A stretch of 61,466 bases of DNA, filler included. It is 6 parts of 6 records of this genome, joined end to end, with 100 filler letters (N's around TTAATTAATTAA, not from the genome) between each part and the next. Parts side by side here need not be neighbours in the genome. Positions count along the whole stretch, not along the records: positions 10,895 to 28,136 come from DRR723986_27672; positions 28,237 to 36,603 come from DRR723986_27702; 4 more parts are not named here. One strand, given 5' to 3'. A program made the position numbers and the translations under genes. Positions within the stretch are counted from its first letter, which is position 1; each line of letters opens with the position of its first letter. Below, piece after piece: positions 20,944 through 30,768 of the stretch. A model generated the notes under the pieces. The model did not search any database. It had not been told where the DNA came from and saw only the letters and a list, made by a program, of their open reading frames with translations.

Positions 20944-21788
20944 TTAAATTTGGAGATCAGGTCCGGCGCACCGAGCAGATCGTTCAGGCCTTTTGGCGAC
21001 AGTTGGAACCCTTCGGCTGGTAGAGTGGGGTTGGCGTGCAGCGTCTCGAATGCCTGTTTCATCGCCTGCGCCGCCGACAGCACTGCATTTCCGGGGAACA
21101 GGGCAAGCGAAACCCCGACGTCTTGCAACTGAGCAGCGTCATGGATCTCGCGGCCGGTGTGCAGGAGATTGAACAAGACCGGGGTCTTTCCCGCTGCCTC
21201 GACAACGGCGCGGACGTCTTTCAGGTGCGTCAAACCTTCAGCAAAAACGAGGTCTGCACCAGCCTCGCAATAGCGGCCGACGCGGTCGAGTGTCTGCGAG
21301 AGCGGTTCACTTGCAGGCGAGTCGGTGCGGGCGCTTATCAGCGTTGCGCTTGAGCGGCGAGCATCGGTCAGTGCCTTGATCTTGCCGACCATCTCGTTGG
21401 CCGAAATGAGGGGCCTGCCTCTAAGGTCGCTAGCTGGTTTGACTGGAAGCTGGTCCTCTATCTGGATAGCGGCCGCACCTGCCTGCTCGAGGGTGCGGAT
21501 CGTGCGGACGGCGTGCGCGGCATTTCCAAATCCACTATCAACGTCCACAAGGACGGGGATCTGAACCCTGTCCGTGATGCGGCTACAAGTGTCTGCCACT
21601 TCGTTCATAGTGACGAGCCCGATGTCGGGCTGGCCGAGCTGCGTGTAGGCAATCGAGGAGCCCGAAAGGAAGACTGCTTCGAAGCCCGCCTGCTCGGCGA
21701 GCAGGGCAGACAACGCATCAAAGATGCCCGGCGCAATAATGATGTCCGAACGTTCAAGACGTGTCTTCAGGGATTCGCCAGTCGACAT
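20928..21788 (-). CDS. Isocitrate lyase/PEP mutase superfamily enzyme lacking the KxCGH cysteine
   Basis: APGIFDALSA, FLSGS, PDIGL, DVDSGFG, IEDQ, ARTD, AGADLVFAEG; loop after EDQ reads LPVKPASD. Confidence 0.88.
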   Translation of the reverse strand: MSTGESLKTRLERSDIIIAPGIFDALSALLAEQAGFEAVFLSGSSIAYTQLGQPDIGLVTMNEVADTCSRITDRVQIPVLVDVDSGFGNAAHAVRTIRTLEQAGAAAIQIEDQLPVKPASDLRGRPLISANEMVGKIKALTDARRSSATLISARTDSPASEPLSQTLDRVGRYCEAGADLVFAEGLTHLKDVRAVVEAAGKTPVLFNLLHTGREIHDAAQLQDVGVSLALFPGNAVLSAAQAMKQAFETLHANPTLPAEGFQLSPKGLNDLLGAPDLISKFNQLPS

Positions 21789-21790
21789 GG

Positions 21791-23389
21791 TCAGGTCACC
21801 TCTTCTGCCAACCCGAGTGCACCGGGATTGATTATATTGTCTGGATCGAGAACGGCTTTCATCTGACGGATCAGTGCGGCATTGCCGGCCTCGCGGTTCT
21901 TCATGAATGGATAGAGCTTGCCGATCTGCAGATGTGCGGCGCCGTGCTTCGCAAGGATATTGATAATCCCTGACACCAGCTCGTTGACCAGGGCACGCGC
22001 TTCCGGATTCTCAGGATGAGCCGTATCGAGAGGCGGCAGGACATCCGGGCGCGTGCGCGTGTGAAAGTCGGTGAGTGAATCCTGCCAATAAAAGACCGGT
22101 TCGAACAAGACTGCGCCGCGGCCAATTCCGGTGAAGACTTCTGATACGGTGACGTGCGCGGCTTCAAGGTCTGCGGCGTGCTTGGCGATGAACTGCGAAC
22201 AGGCTGCATGGGCTGCTTTCGCGCGCGACCAGGCGAGGATGCCGTGAATGGGAAGCAGCCGCCGGCCCGTGAAGTCGGTCGTTGGAAGAGGGGGGAAGCG
22301 GTCCGCCCGCATCAGTGAGATGGCGGCAGCGGGAATTTCGTCGCCAAACCTGGCGACGGCCTTCCTCAGTCCCCGTTCCTTGCTGGAGAGGGCGCCATTG
22401 TCATGCGCGTCGGCAAGAAAATGAGCGGTATAGGTCGCGGTCTCGAAGACGCGGCGCCCGGCCAGAGCGATGCGCGCGCCCCGAGCGACCCCGCGCAGTG
22501 GATTGTGCGCTGTGCGGACAATTGTAACGAGTTTTTTGAGATCAGCGGCGAGGCCACTTTCCCCGGACCGTATTCCAGCCGTCTCACTATCCATGGCGAC
22601 GATAGCTGACGCCAGCCCGGTCCGGCTGGCAGCCTGCAAGGCGCCCAGGAGGCCGTCAAAGTCGGTGAAGGCGAAAGAGACGCCGCCTTCTGCCTTTGGC
22701 CGCGGTTCCAGTTTCAGTGTCACAGCCGTCTTGATGCCGAGCGCACCTGCGTCTGCATTGAAAAGTCCAGTCAAGTCCGGCCCATACGGACGAAAGTTTG
22801 GGAGGCGGTCTGACTGCGCGTCCAACCCGGTACGCAGCACCTCTCCTGAGCCAGTTACGATTTCATAGCTCAGGACGGCGTTCGAGGACGTTTCGATTTG
22901 CCCCGATTGCTGGTTCGCCGTGCCTTGTGACATCGAGCCTCCAATGGTCGCCCGTTTGCCCGACGCAGGGCCCCAGAAGGCGGCCTGCAGATCATGCGGC
23001 GCCAGAGCCTTGTCCAGATCCTCCCATGTGACTCCGCTTTCCACTGTGACGAAAAGATCTTCAGCAGAGATTTCGCGGACCCTGTTGAGTCCTTGAAGAT
23101 CAAGCAGGATTGCGCCGGTTCGGTCCGGCAGGAAGGCGTTTGAATAGGACATGCCGCCGCCGCGAACGAACACCGGTACTGCCATGCTCCGGGCGAGTTT
23201 TACGATGTCAGAAACCTGACTGGTGGTCTCAGGGCTGACGACGACGGACGGCATCACGCCTTCCTGAAACAGGTCAGACGAGAAAAATTTGAGGTCTTGC
23301 TCGCCGGTGATGATCCGGTCGGCTCCGCATATCCTCTCTAGCTCGGCAATGAGATTGTCTTGCTGTGACCTCATCGATCTCGATGGCAT
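21791..23389 (-). CDS. FAD-binding oxidoreductase (GlcD/VAO-type FAD-linked oxidase)
   Basis: RGGGMSY, VTVESGVTW, ATIGG, YGPDLTGLF, C-terminal KAVLDPDNIINPG. Confidence 0.88.
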   Translation of the reverse strand: MPSRSMRSQQDNLIAELERICGADRIITGEQDLKFFSSDLFQEGVMPSVVVSPETTSQVSDIVKLARSMAVPVFVRGGGMSYSNAFLPDRTGAILLDLQGLNRVREISAEDLFVTVESGVTWEDLDKALAPHDLQAAFWGPASGKRATIGGSMSQGTANQQSGQIETSSNAVLSYEIVTGSGEVLRTGLDAQSDRLPNFRPYGPDLTGLFNADAGALGIKTAVTLKLEPRPKAEGGVSFAFTDFDGLLGALQAASRTGLASAIVAMDSETAGIRSGESGLAADLKKLVTIVRTAHNPLRGVARGARIALAGRRVFETATYTAHFLADAHDNGALSSKERGLRKAVARFGDEIPAAAISLMRADRFPPLPTTDFTGRRLLPIHGILAWSRAKAAHAACSQFIAKHAADLEAAHVTVSEVFTGIGRGAVLFEPVFYWQDSLTDFHTRTRPDVLPPLDTAHPENPEARALVNELVSGIINILAKHGAAHLQIGKLYPFMKNREAGNAALIRQMKAVLDPDNIINPGALGLAEEVT

Positions 23390-23497
23390 GGCGGCAATAC
23401 CCCTGACACTGATTGCCAGCCTAGGCGGCGCATCAGCGGTTACGAGGGAACACTGGGCGTGTGATCACCAAGTGACCGCTGAGGATCACTCACTCGA

Positions 23498-24325
23498 TCA
23501 GGCTTTTACCGCTTCCTGCTCGTCGCGCTTGAACAGGCGAACTTCTGCCAGATCGCGGCTGATCGCTTTCTGCGCTTTCTTGATCGTTTCGCCATATTTC
23601 TCATAGGCGTCCTCGACGGACATGACGCGCGCGAAGAACGACATGGTCAGCGTGCCGGCCACTTCATCACCATTGAATAAAGGCACGGCTATGCTGGAGG
23701 TCTTGCCAGGATCCTTTGTGTGCGGACTGCGAACATAGAAGGCATATCCATCCTTCCGGATCGCTTCGAAATATTGCTCCGGACGTTTCTTGATGATGGC
23801 GGCGGCATGATTATCGACCTGATCAAAATCGGTCTGCTCAATGATGTCCTTCCGGATCACCGGCGTAACAAAAGCCATGTAAGCAAGGCCACTTGCGCAT
23901 GACAGGATCGGCATCGAGTATCCCGGTGTGTATTCGGAAAAGGTGAGAGTCGTCAGCGCGTGGGTCGATTCCTGGATCACCATATATTTGCTGATCCTTG
24001 ACGTGACCGCAAAGGGCCATCCGGTCTCGCAGGTCAGCGCCTGCATGTGCGGCCGGGCAATCGCCGCCATTCGAGAGTGGGCATGATAGCCGCAGCTAAG
24101 CGACTGGGCGAGCGCTGTCGGCCGGTAGTGTTTGCGAAGGGTCTCCTGTTCGATGACCCCTTCCGCGACAAGCGTATTCACCAGGCGGCAAGTTGTCGGA
24201 TAGGGAAGCTCGACGGACTTGGCGATATCCATCATATTCAAAGAGCCGGCACGGTTGATGACCTGCAGCACTTTCAACGCGCGGGAGACTGAGCGATTTA
24301 CCGATTTGCTTGACTCTGACATCAT
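23498..24325 (-). CDS. IclR family regulator (MhpR-like)
   Basis: SVSRALKVLQVIN...LPYPTTCRLVNTLVAEG HTH; SASGLA-like and SIAVP motifs; start after AGGAG. Confidence 0.88.
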   Translation of the reverse strand: MMSESSKSVNRSVSRALKVLQVINRAGSLNMMDIAKSVELPYPTTCRLVNTLVAEGVIEQETLRKHYRPTALAQSLSCGYHAHSRMAAIARPHMQALTCETGWPFAVTSRISKYMVIQESTHALTTLTFSEYTPGYSMPILSCASGLAYMAFVTPVIRKDIIEQTDFDQVDNHAAAIIKKRPEQYFEAIRKDGYAFYVRSPHTKDPGKTSSIAVPLFNGDEVAGTLTMSFFARVMSVEDAYEKYGETIKKAQKAISRDLAEVRLFKRDEQEAVKA

Positions 24326-24483
24326 TTCTCTCCTCACTTTCAGATATAATATATCCATTGAGCGGTCAAACAGGCCAGTCGCTCATGACGTTTTGCGACC
24401 TGGGTCATTAGATCAGCATATCGATCAGGCTCAATCGAACCGGCTGTGATCGAAAAGCTGGCAATTTGTGAGGTGGTTACGCA

Positions 24484-25908
24484 GTGACAAGCGGGGCAGG
24501 CAGGATACCCTTGGGACTGAAAATGTCTTGGGGCGTGGGGGCGCTTGGGGTCGCGGTCCTGATGAATTCAGGATCTTTCCTCGTCCTGACCTATCTGATC
24601 ACCGTTGTGAAACTGTCGCCTGCGCTGGCCGGCACAATCATGCTTGTCACCAAAATATTCGATGCGATCAGTGACCCGCTCATGGGAATAATTTCCGACC
24701 GGTCGAAATTCAAAAGTGGCCGGCGCCGACCATTCCTTTTCGTCGGGACATTCCTGTCCACACTCGCCTTCGGGCTTCTATTCACGATGCCGGTCTTTGA
24801 GACCCAGGCAACGAAAGCGATGTATGCCTTCGGCGTGCTGATGCTCTACACGATCGGCTACACGGTCTTCAACGTCCCCTATATGGCGATGTCCGCGGAG
24901 ATGACCGACGATTATGAAGAGCGAACCAGCCTTCATGGAACGCGCGCCATGTTCGTCTCGATCGGCTCGAGTATCGTCAGCGCCGGAACGCCTCTCATCT
25001 TGCAGAATATGGGACGGGGCTGGGACGCATATGCTGTGGTTGGCGCGGTGCTGACGGCGATTATTTTCGCTGCCATGATAACGTGTTGGCTCGGCACAAG
25101 CAGCGCCCGCACCTTCGAGCATCGTGAGACGGGCCACAACTTCCTCGCCCAGCTAGGGTCACTCGGGGAGAACAGGCACTTTCTGTTCATCGCGCTGACA
25201 AAGCTTCTCCAATTGCTGGCCGTGATGAGCGGTGCAGCCGTGTCGCTGATCTTCTTCATGGACTATCTCCAGATGAATCTCGGCTATCTCACGATTATGG
25301 GCCTGTTCGGGACGATCATCACATTGATCGCGGTTCCTTTGATCGCGCGGCTCGCCAAGATTATCGGCAAGCGGAATACCTATGTGCTGAGCGCGCTTTT
25401 GACCATGGCTGGCTATATCAGCTGGTCACTACTCCCGGCGGGTTTTGGCCTTGCTGAAAGTGAAGGCGCGGGCGTGCCGCTATTGCCGGGCGCGCTGAAC
25501 AATCCCGATATCCTGTTTCCATTGCTCTGGCGGGCGGCTCTGTTCGGGATTGTCATTGGCGGAAATGTCATGATGGCGATGTCGATGCTGATGGATGCGA
25601 TCGAATACGATGCCTTGCGAACCGGCATGCGGCGGGAAGGCATCTATTCTGCCTGCTATAGTTTCGTCGAGAAATTCTCGTCCTCCTTCGGTCCGTTCCT
25701 GGTTGGCATCATTTTGCAGTTCACCGGCTACGATAATGACATCGCACCGGGATCGGTACAGTCCGTTGAGGCGCTGGATGGCATTGTCGTTGGAATGGCG
25801 TTTCTCCCGGCAACATTTACCGGCCTCAGTATTGTTGCGCTGATGTTCTATACGCTGAACAAGTCAAAGCTTGCTGAAGCGGCCGCATCACGACCTGCAA
25901 CGGCTTAG
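24484..25908 (+). CDS. MFS transporter, glycoside-pentoside-hexuronide (MelB-like) family
   Basis: KIFDAISDPLMGIISDR...GRRRPF, NVPYMAMSAEMT...ERT, TGMRREG. Confidence 0.9.
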   Translation: MTSGAGRIPLGLKMSWGVGALGVAVLMNSGSFLVLTYLITVVKLSPALAGTIMLVTKIFDAISDPLMGIISDRSKFKSGRRRPFLFVGTFLSTLAFGLLFTMPVFETQATKAMYAFGVLMLYTIGYTVFNVPYMAMSAEMTDDYEERTSLHGTRAMFVSIGSSIVSAGTPLILQNMGRGWDAYAVVGAVLTAIIFAAMITCWLGTSSARTFEHRETGHNFLAQLGSLGENRHFLFIALTKLLQLLAVMSGAAVSLIFFMDYLQMNLGYLTIMGLFGTIITLIAVPLIARLAKIIGKRNTYVLSALLTMAGYISWSLLPAGFGLAESEGAGVPLLPGALNNPDILFPLLWRAALFGIVIGGNVMMAMSMLMDAIEYDALRTGMRREGIYSACYSFVEKFSSSFGPFLVGIILQFTGYDNDIAPGSVQSVEALDGIVVGMAFLPATFTGLSIVALMFYTLNKSKLAEAAASRPATA

Positions 25909-25910
25909 TC

Positions 25911-27515
25911 ATGGACGGCGAGTGGGATTACGTCATCATCGGTGGAGGTTCCGCGGGCTGTGTCCTGGCAAACAGGTTGTCGGCCAATCAGGATAAGCGG
26001 GTTCTGCTGCTCGATGCCGGGTCGCGGGATCTATCGCCGAGCTTGCATATCCCCGCAGGGATGATGACGGCCATTGCAGACGACCGGTTCAACTGGAAAT
26101 ATCCGGCCGCTCCAGACCCCTCGCGAGGAGGCCTGGAAGACGCATGGTCGGCTGGCCGTGCAATTGGCGGCGGAAGTGCCATCAATGGCATGTTCTATAT
26201 TCGCGGCCACAGAAGTGATTTTGACCGATGGTCGCAGGCGGGGTGCACGGGATGGGACTATGAGTCCGTCCTGCCTCACTTTCAGTCGATCGAAGATTAT
26301 GAGGGCGGCACGGACCGGTATCGCGGTGTTGGCGGACCACAATCGGTCTCATTCGCGCGCCACTCCTTGCCTGTTGTCGATACATTCATCGAAGCGGCAA
26401 AGGCGTGCGGGCATCCATTCAATGCCGACTACAATGGCGCGCATCAGACCGGCGTCGGCTATGCGCAAGCGAGCCAGCGATCAGGCCGCAGATATTCGTC
26501 TGCTTCAGCCTTCCTCAAACCGGTCAGATCGCGCCAAAATCTAAACGTTTTACATGGCGCGCAGGCGGCTCGGGTCCTGCTGACTGAAGGCAGGGCGACG
26601 GGCGTCGCTTACAGGCGTCATGGCCATGAGCAGATTGTAAACTGCCGGGGGGAAGTCATCGTCAGTGCCGGTGCCATGGGATCTCCGAAACTACTCATGC
26701 ATTCTGGAATCGGGCCGGCCGACACGCTCAATGAGTTTGGCATCAGGATTGTGCGGGACACGCCCGGCGTCGGGCGCAATCTCATGGAGCATCCGGCGGT
26801 TTATCTGACGGCGCGGGTCAATGCGACATCGCTGAATTCGGCCGCACACCCGCTCAAGCTGCCCTTCGTGCTGGCCGACTGGTTGTTCAGAGGCAAAGGG
26901 CCGGCAACAGCGGCCGCGGCAGCAGCTCAGGTGCTCTGCCGCTCAAGAGAAGGGCTGATCGCTCCGGATATTCAGCTCTTGCTGACGCCGGCAATGTTCA
27001 CCTTTGATCCTGAGGCAAAGAAAGCGAAAGTCCTTGATGAGGACGGTATTTCGATTGCCGCGCTCATCCTGCACCCGGATGCAAGAGGCCGGATTACGAT
27101 TACGTCGCCCGATCCCTATGCGCCTCCATTGATTGAGCATGAGCTGCTCGGCGAAGAAAGTGATATTGCCGGTCTCGAAGCGGCTGCGCGCAAGGCGATA
27201 GACATACTGTGCTCAGAAAAAATGGCGGGCATCGTCAAACAGCTTGAACCGAACCTCGAACCCGCCTCGCCGTCTTCGGAGTATCGCGACTTTATCAGGC
27301 AGACGGCGTTCCGGGGCGATCATGCAAGCGGAACCTGCCGGATGGGCGGTGATGAGACGTCCGTGCTGGATCCTCAATTGCGGGTCAGGGGTATTGACGG
27401 ATTGCGCGTCGTCGATGCGTCAGTGATGCCTACAATTCCGAGTGGGAATACAAATGCGCCAACCCTGATGCTGGCTGATAAAGCGGCATCAATGATCCTC
27501 GCCGCCGCCCGCTAG
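25911..27515 (+). CDS. GMC family oxidoreductase (choline/alcohol dehydrogenase-like)
   Basis: DYVIIGGGSAGCVLANRLS, GGGSAING, SGIGP, GVGRNLMEH, H-x-SGTCRMG, VVDASVMP, GNTNAP. Confidence 0.95.
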   Translation: MDGEWDYVIIGGGSAGCVLANRLSANQDKRVLLLDAGSRDLSPSLHIPAGMMTAIADDRFNWKYPAAPDPSRGGLEDAWSAGRAIGGGSAINGMFYIRGHRSDFDRWSQAGCTGWDYESVLPHFQSIEDYEGGTDRYRGVGGPQSVSFARHSLPVVDTFIEAAKACGHPFNADYNGAHQTGVGYAQASQRSGRRYSSASAFLKPVRSRQNLNVLHGAQAARVLLTEGRATGVAYRRHGHEQIVNCRGEVIVSAGAMGSPKLLMHSGIGPADTLNEFGIRIVRDTPGVGRNLMEHPAVYLTARVNATSLNSAAHPLKLPFVLADWLFRGKGPATAAAAAAQVLCRSREGLIAPDIQLLLTPAMFTFDPEAKKAKVLDEDGISIAALILHPDARGRITITSPDPYAPPLIEHELLGEESDIAGLEAAARKAIDILCSEKMAGIVKQLEPNLEPASPSSEYRDFIRQTAFRGDHASGTCRMGGDETSVLDPQLRVRGIDGLRVVDASVMPTIPSGNTNAPTLMLADKAASMILAAAR

Positions 27516-28136
27516 ACGTTGACCAGCCTGATCCTCCGCCCGGCGCTCAGATGCTGCGCCGCTGCCACGATGGCATCTGCGTCGATCTGGTAGTGGCGGT
27601 GCAGGTCCGGGATGGTGCCGGTCTGGCCGAAATGTTCGACGCCGAGGGGGGCGGTCATGTGGCCGGCGACCGAGCCGATCCAGGCGAGGGTGGCGGGGTG
27701 GCCGTCAGTGACGGTGATCAGGGTGGCGTCGCGCGGCACGCCGGCCATCAGCCGCTCGATCTGGCTTTGCGCGGAGCTGTGGCCGCGAGCGCGGGCGCGG
27801 CGGGCAGCGGTCCAGCCTGAGTTGAGGCGGTCGGCAGACGTCACGGCGAGCACGCCAATGTCGCGACGGTCATTGCCGATACGCCCGGCCGCCTCGATGG
27901 CTTCCGGTGCGATGACGCCCTGATAGGCGATCACGACTTCGCAATTCGGGCCGGGCTTGCGCAGCCAGTAGGCGCCATCGACCACGCCGCGGCGGAACTC
28001 TTCATCATCCCGGTTGCGCGGCCCGAGCTGTTCGATCGGACGGGTGGAGAGGCGCAGATACACAGAGCCCCCCGTCTCGTCGCGCAGCCATGTGCGCTCA
28101 TCCGGGTCATTCTCGCCGCTGCGCTGGAGATAGTCG
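27512..28136 (-). CDS. Transketolase-like/pyruvate dehydrogenase E1 (AceE-type), 3' part; truncated at contig edge
   Basis: YLRLSTRP, GAYWLR, LAVTSADRL, DGHPATLAW, LGVEHFGQTG; reading frame continues upstream to the contig edge. Confidence 0.8.
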
Positions 28137-28236
28137 NNNNNNNNNNNNNNNNNNNNNNNNNNNNNNNNNNNNNNNNNNNNTTAATTAATTAANNNNNNNN
28201 NNNNNNNNNNNNNNNNNNNNNNNNNNNNNNNNNNNN
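28137..28236. other. Artificial contig linker
   Basis: N-run with TTAATTAATTAA. Confidence 0.98.
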
Positions 28237-28287
28237 TGACAACACCCAAGGCACTCCCAAGAGCGCACCAGCAAAAAAGGAGTACAT
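28237..28287 (-). CDS. lnt: Probable 5' end of apolipoprotein N-acyltransferase (partial)
   Basis: ATG overlaps the corC stop (TGATG) and reads MYSFFAGALLGVPWVLS (hydrophobic); lnt normally follows corC. Call rests on synteny. Confidence 0.5.
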
Positions 28288-29201
28288 CAATTGGGCCTGT
28301 CGGAGTCAGCGTTCTCGGTCGATGAATGGGTATCTATATCGTCGGGTGCGGGTTCAATTTTCTGAACACGAAGCAAGTGAACTTGTCTGGCGTCTGCACG
28401 CAGTACTTCAAAACGAAAAGGCGGTAACTCAACTACATCACCACGCACAGGCAGACGGGCCAGTTCGTCGGTTAACAAGCCCCCAAGAGTATCGGCATGT
28501 TCGTTTGAAAACGCGGTTCCGAATGTGTCATTGAACTGTTCAATCGTCGTCAGCGCCTTGACTCGGTATAAACCCAATTGGTCCCCGCCGAGGCTCACGA
28601 TATTGTCAGCTTCTTCATCAAAGTCATATTCGTCTTCAATGTCGCCCACAATTTGCTCAAGTACATCTTCGATTGTGACCAAGCCAGCCACGCCACCATA
28701 TTCATCAACCACCAGCGCAATGTGATTTCGGTTCAGGCGAAAATCATGGAGCAATACGTTCAGGCGTTTACTCTCGGGAATAAACACTGCAGGGCGCAGC
28801 ATGTCGCGCAAATTGACTTCCGAATTGGCATGAATGCGCAGCAGGTCTTTGGCCAGCAATACACCGATTACATTGTCCCGCTCACCCTCGTACACAGGGA
28901 AACGGGAATGTGCTTTTTCCACTGCGAAAGCCACGATTTGGTCGATGGAGTCTTCCGCGTTGATCGCATCCATCTGCGCGCGGGGCACCATGATGTCGCC
29001 CGCAGAAAGGTCACTTACCTGCATGACACCCTCAATCATTGAGAGTGCATCGGCGTCCAGTAGGTTTCTTTCATGGGCCTGTTGCAACACTTCCAAGAGT
29101 TGCTCCCTGTCCTCAGGCTCACGAAGTAGCAACGAGGAAAGGCGTTCAAGCAGGCCCCGTTCTTTTTTGTTGGGGACCTGCGACGGACTCGGTTCTGACA
29201 T
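28287..29201 (-). CDS. corC: CBS/transporter-associated domain protein CorC (YbeX)
   Basis: DIMVPR, HSRFPV, AKDLL, FIPESK, VVDEYGGVAGLVTIEDVLEQIVGDIEDE. Confidence 0.95.
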   Translation of the reverse strand: MSEPSPSQVPNKKERGLLERLSSLLLREPEDREQLLEVLQQAHERNLLDADALSMIEGVMQVSDLSAGDIMVPRAQMDAINAEDSIDQIVAFAVEKAHSRFPVYEGERDNVIGVLLAKDLLRIHANSEVNLRDMLRPAVFIPESKRLNVLLHDFRLNRNHIALVVDEYGGVAGLVTIEDVLEQIVGDIEDEYDFDEEADNIVSLGGDQLGLYRVKALTTIEQFNDTFGTAFSNEHADTLGGLLTDELARLPVRGDVVELPPFRFEVLRADARQVHLLRVQKIEPAPDDIDTHSSTENADSDRPN

Positions 29202-29263
29202 ACGGGAGGATGAACCTCTGTAAACAATAACGGCTCAAGGATAACCGAAAAAAATGACGGATA

Positions 29264-30607
29264 TCAGGCAGCCATGATCGGCACCTGCCCGCGCAATGAA
29301 TTGGGATAGGCCTCGACGATGTCCAACTCAACAATTTGCCCTACCATGCGGGCACTACCAGCAAAGTTAACTACCCGGTTATTCTCAGTGCGGCCCGCCA
29401 ATTCAGTGGGGTCTTTTCTGGATGGGCCTTCGACCAAGACCTTCTGGCGTGTTCCAACCATTGATTGACTAATGCTTGTGGCGTGATCCTGAATGGTTTT
29501 CTGCAATCGTGCCAGCCGCTTGAGCTTGGTGATCTGGTCTACTCCGTCCTCCAAGTCAGCAGCAGGCGTGCCAGGGCGAGGACTGTACACGAAAGAAAAC
29601 GAGGTATCAAAGCCCACTGCGTTGATCAAATCCATCGTTTTCTCGAAATCGGCTTCAGTTTCACCAGGAAAACCGACAATAAAATCGGACGACATCGAGA
29701 TATTGGGACGAATTTCTCGGAGTTTACGAATGATCGACTTGTATTCAAGTGCGGTGTATCCCCGTTTCATGGCCGCGAGAATGCGATCCGAACCCGCTTG
29801 AACAGGCAAATGAAGGTGATCTACCAGCTTGGGCAGCTTTGCAAAGGCTTCAATCAGGCGCGGGCCGAACTCTTTGGGGTGCGAGGTGGTAAAACGAATG
29901 CGCTCCACCCCCGGCACTTCAGACACGTATTCAAGCAGCAGGGCAAAATCGGCTATCTCGTTTGTATCGCCCATTCTCCCGCGATAAGCATTCACGTTTT
30001 GCCCAAGCAAGTTGATTTCTCGAACACCCTGATCAGCCAAATCAGCAATTTCCATCAGTACGTCCTCGAACGGGCGGGAAATCTCTTCACCGCGTGTGTA
30101 GGGGACCACGCAGAAACTGCAATACTTGCTGCAGCCTTCCATAATGGACACAAACGCGGTGGCGCCTGTGTTTTTGGCCAGTGGCAAATTGTCAAACTTC
30201 TCGATTTCAGGAAAAGAAATGTCCACCTGCGGTCGGTGTGTATCCCGACGCTGCCTGATCAATTGCGGCAATCGGTGCAAAGTCTGAGGACCAAATACCA
30301 CATCCACATAAGGAGCGCGCTCTACAATTGCCTTACCTTCCTGACTGGCCACGCAACCCCCAACGCCAATAATCAGGTTGGGGTTGGATTTTTTCAGGTG
30401 TTTGACACGGCCCAGGTCGCTAAACACCTTTTCCTGCGCTTTCTCTCGCACCGAACAGGTGTTAAACAGAATAATGTCTGCATCATCCGGGGTATTCGTC
30501 CGCTCTACTCCATCAGAGCTACCCAGCACATCAGCCATTTTGTCGGAGTCATACTCATTCATCTGGCAGCCAAAGGTTTTGATGAAGAGCTTTTTCTTGG
30601 AAGTCAT
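29264..30607 (-). CDS. miaB: tRNA-i6A37 methylthiotransferase MiaB
   Basis: [23 protein letters not shown], radical [12 protein letters not shown]-terminal TRAM; start MTSKK. Confidence 0.97.
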   Translation of the reverse strand: MTSKKKLFIKTFGCQMNEYDSDKMADVLGSSDGVERTNTPDDADIILFNTCSVREKAQEKVFSDLGRVKHLKKSNPNLIIGVGGCVASQEGKAIVERAPYVDVVFGPQTLHRLPQLIRQRRDTHRPQVDISFPEIEKFDNLPLAKNTGATAFVSIMEGCSKYCSFCVVPYTRGEEISRPFEDVLMEIADLADQGVREINLLGQNVNAYRGRMGDTNEIADFALLLEYVSEVPGVERIRFTTSHPKEFGPRLIEAFAKLPKLVDHLHLPVQAGSDRILAAMKRGYTALEYKSIIRKLREIRPNISMSSDFIVGFPGETEADFEKTMDLINAVGFDTSFSFVYSPRPGTPAADLEDGVDQITKLKRLARLQKTIQDHATSISQSMVGTRQKVLVEGPSRKDPTELAGRTENNRVVNFAGSARMVGQIVELDIVEAYPNSLRGQVPIMAA

Positions 30608-30768
30608 GGTTTGCCTAAAATATGCCACCATGAAGCAGGCCGGTTTCAGAATTGAAACAGGAGGCAACACGGGGACGTTGTAATTCGTTGCGCGTTGCCG
30701 CGGATTTTACTTGCATCCCTTGCTAAAATGAAGACTTCGTTGAAAAAACTCAGGATTGGTGCGTAGTA

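Noticed and set aside
29465..30655. 396-aa ORF antisense to miaB (likewise 11086-11928 antisense to the dioxygenase)
   Set aside because: Antisense mirror frames with no motifs
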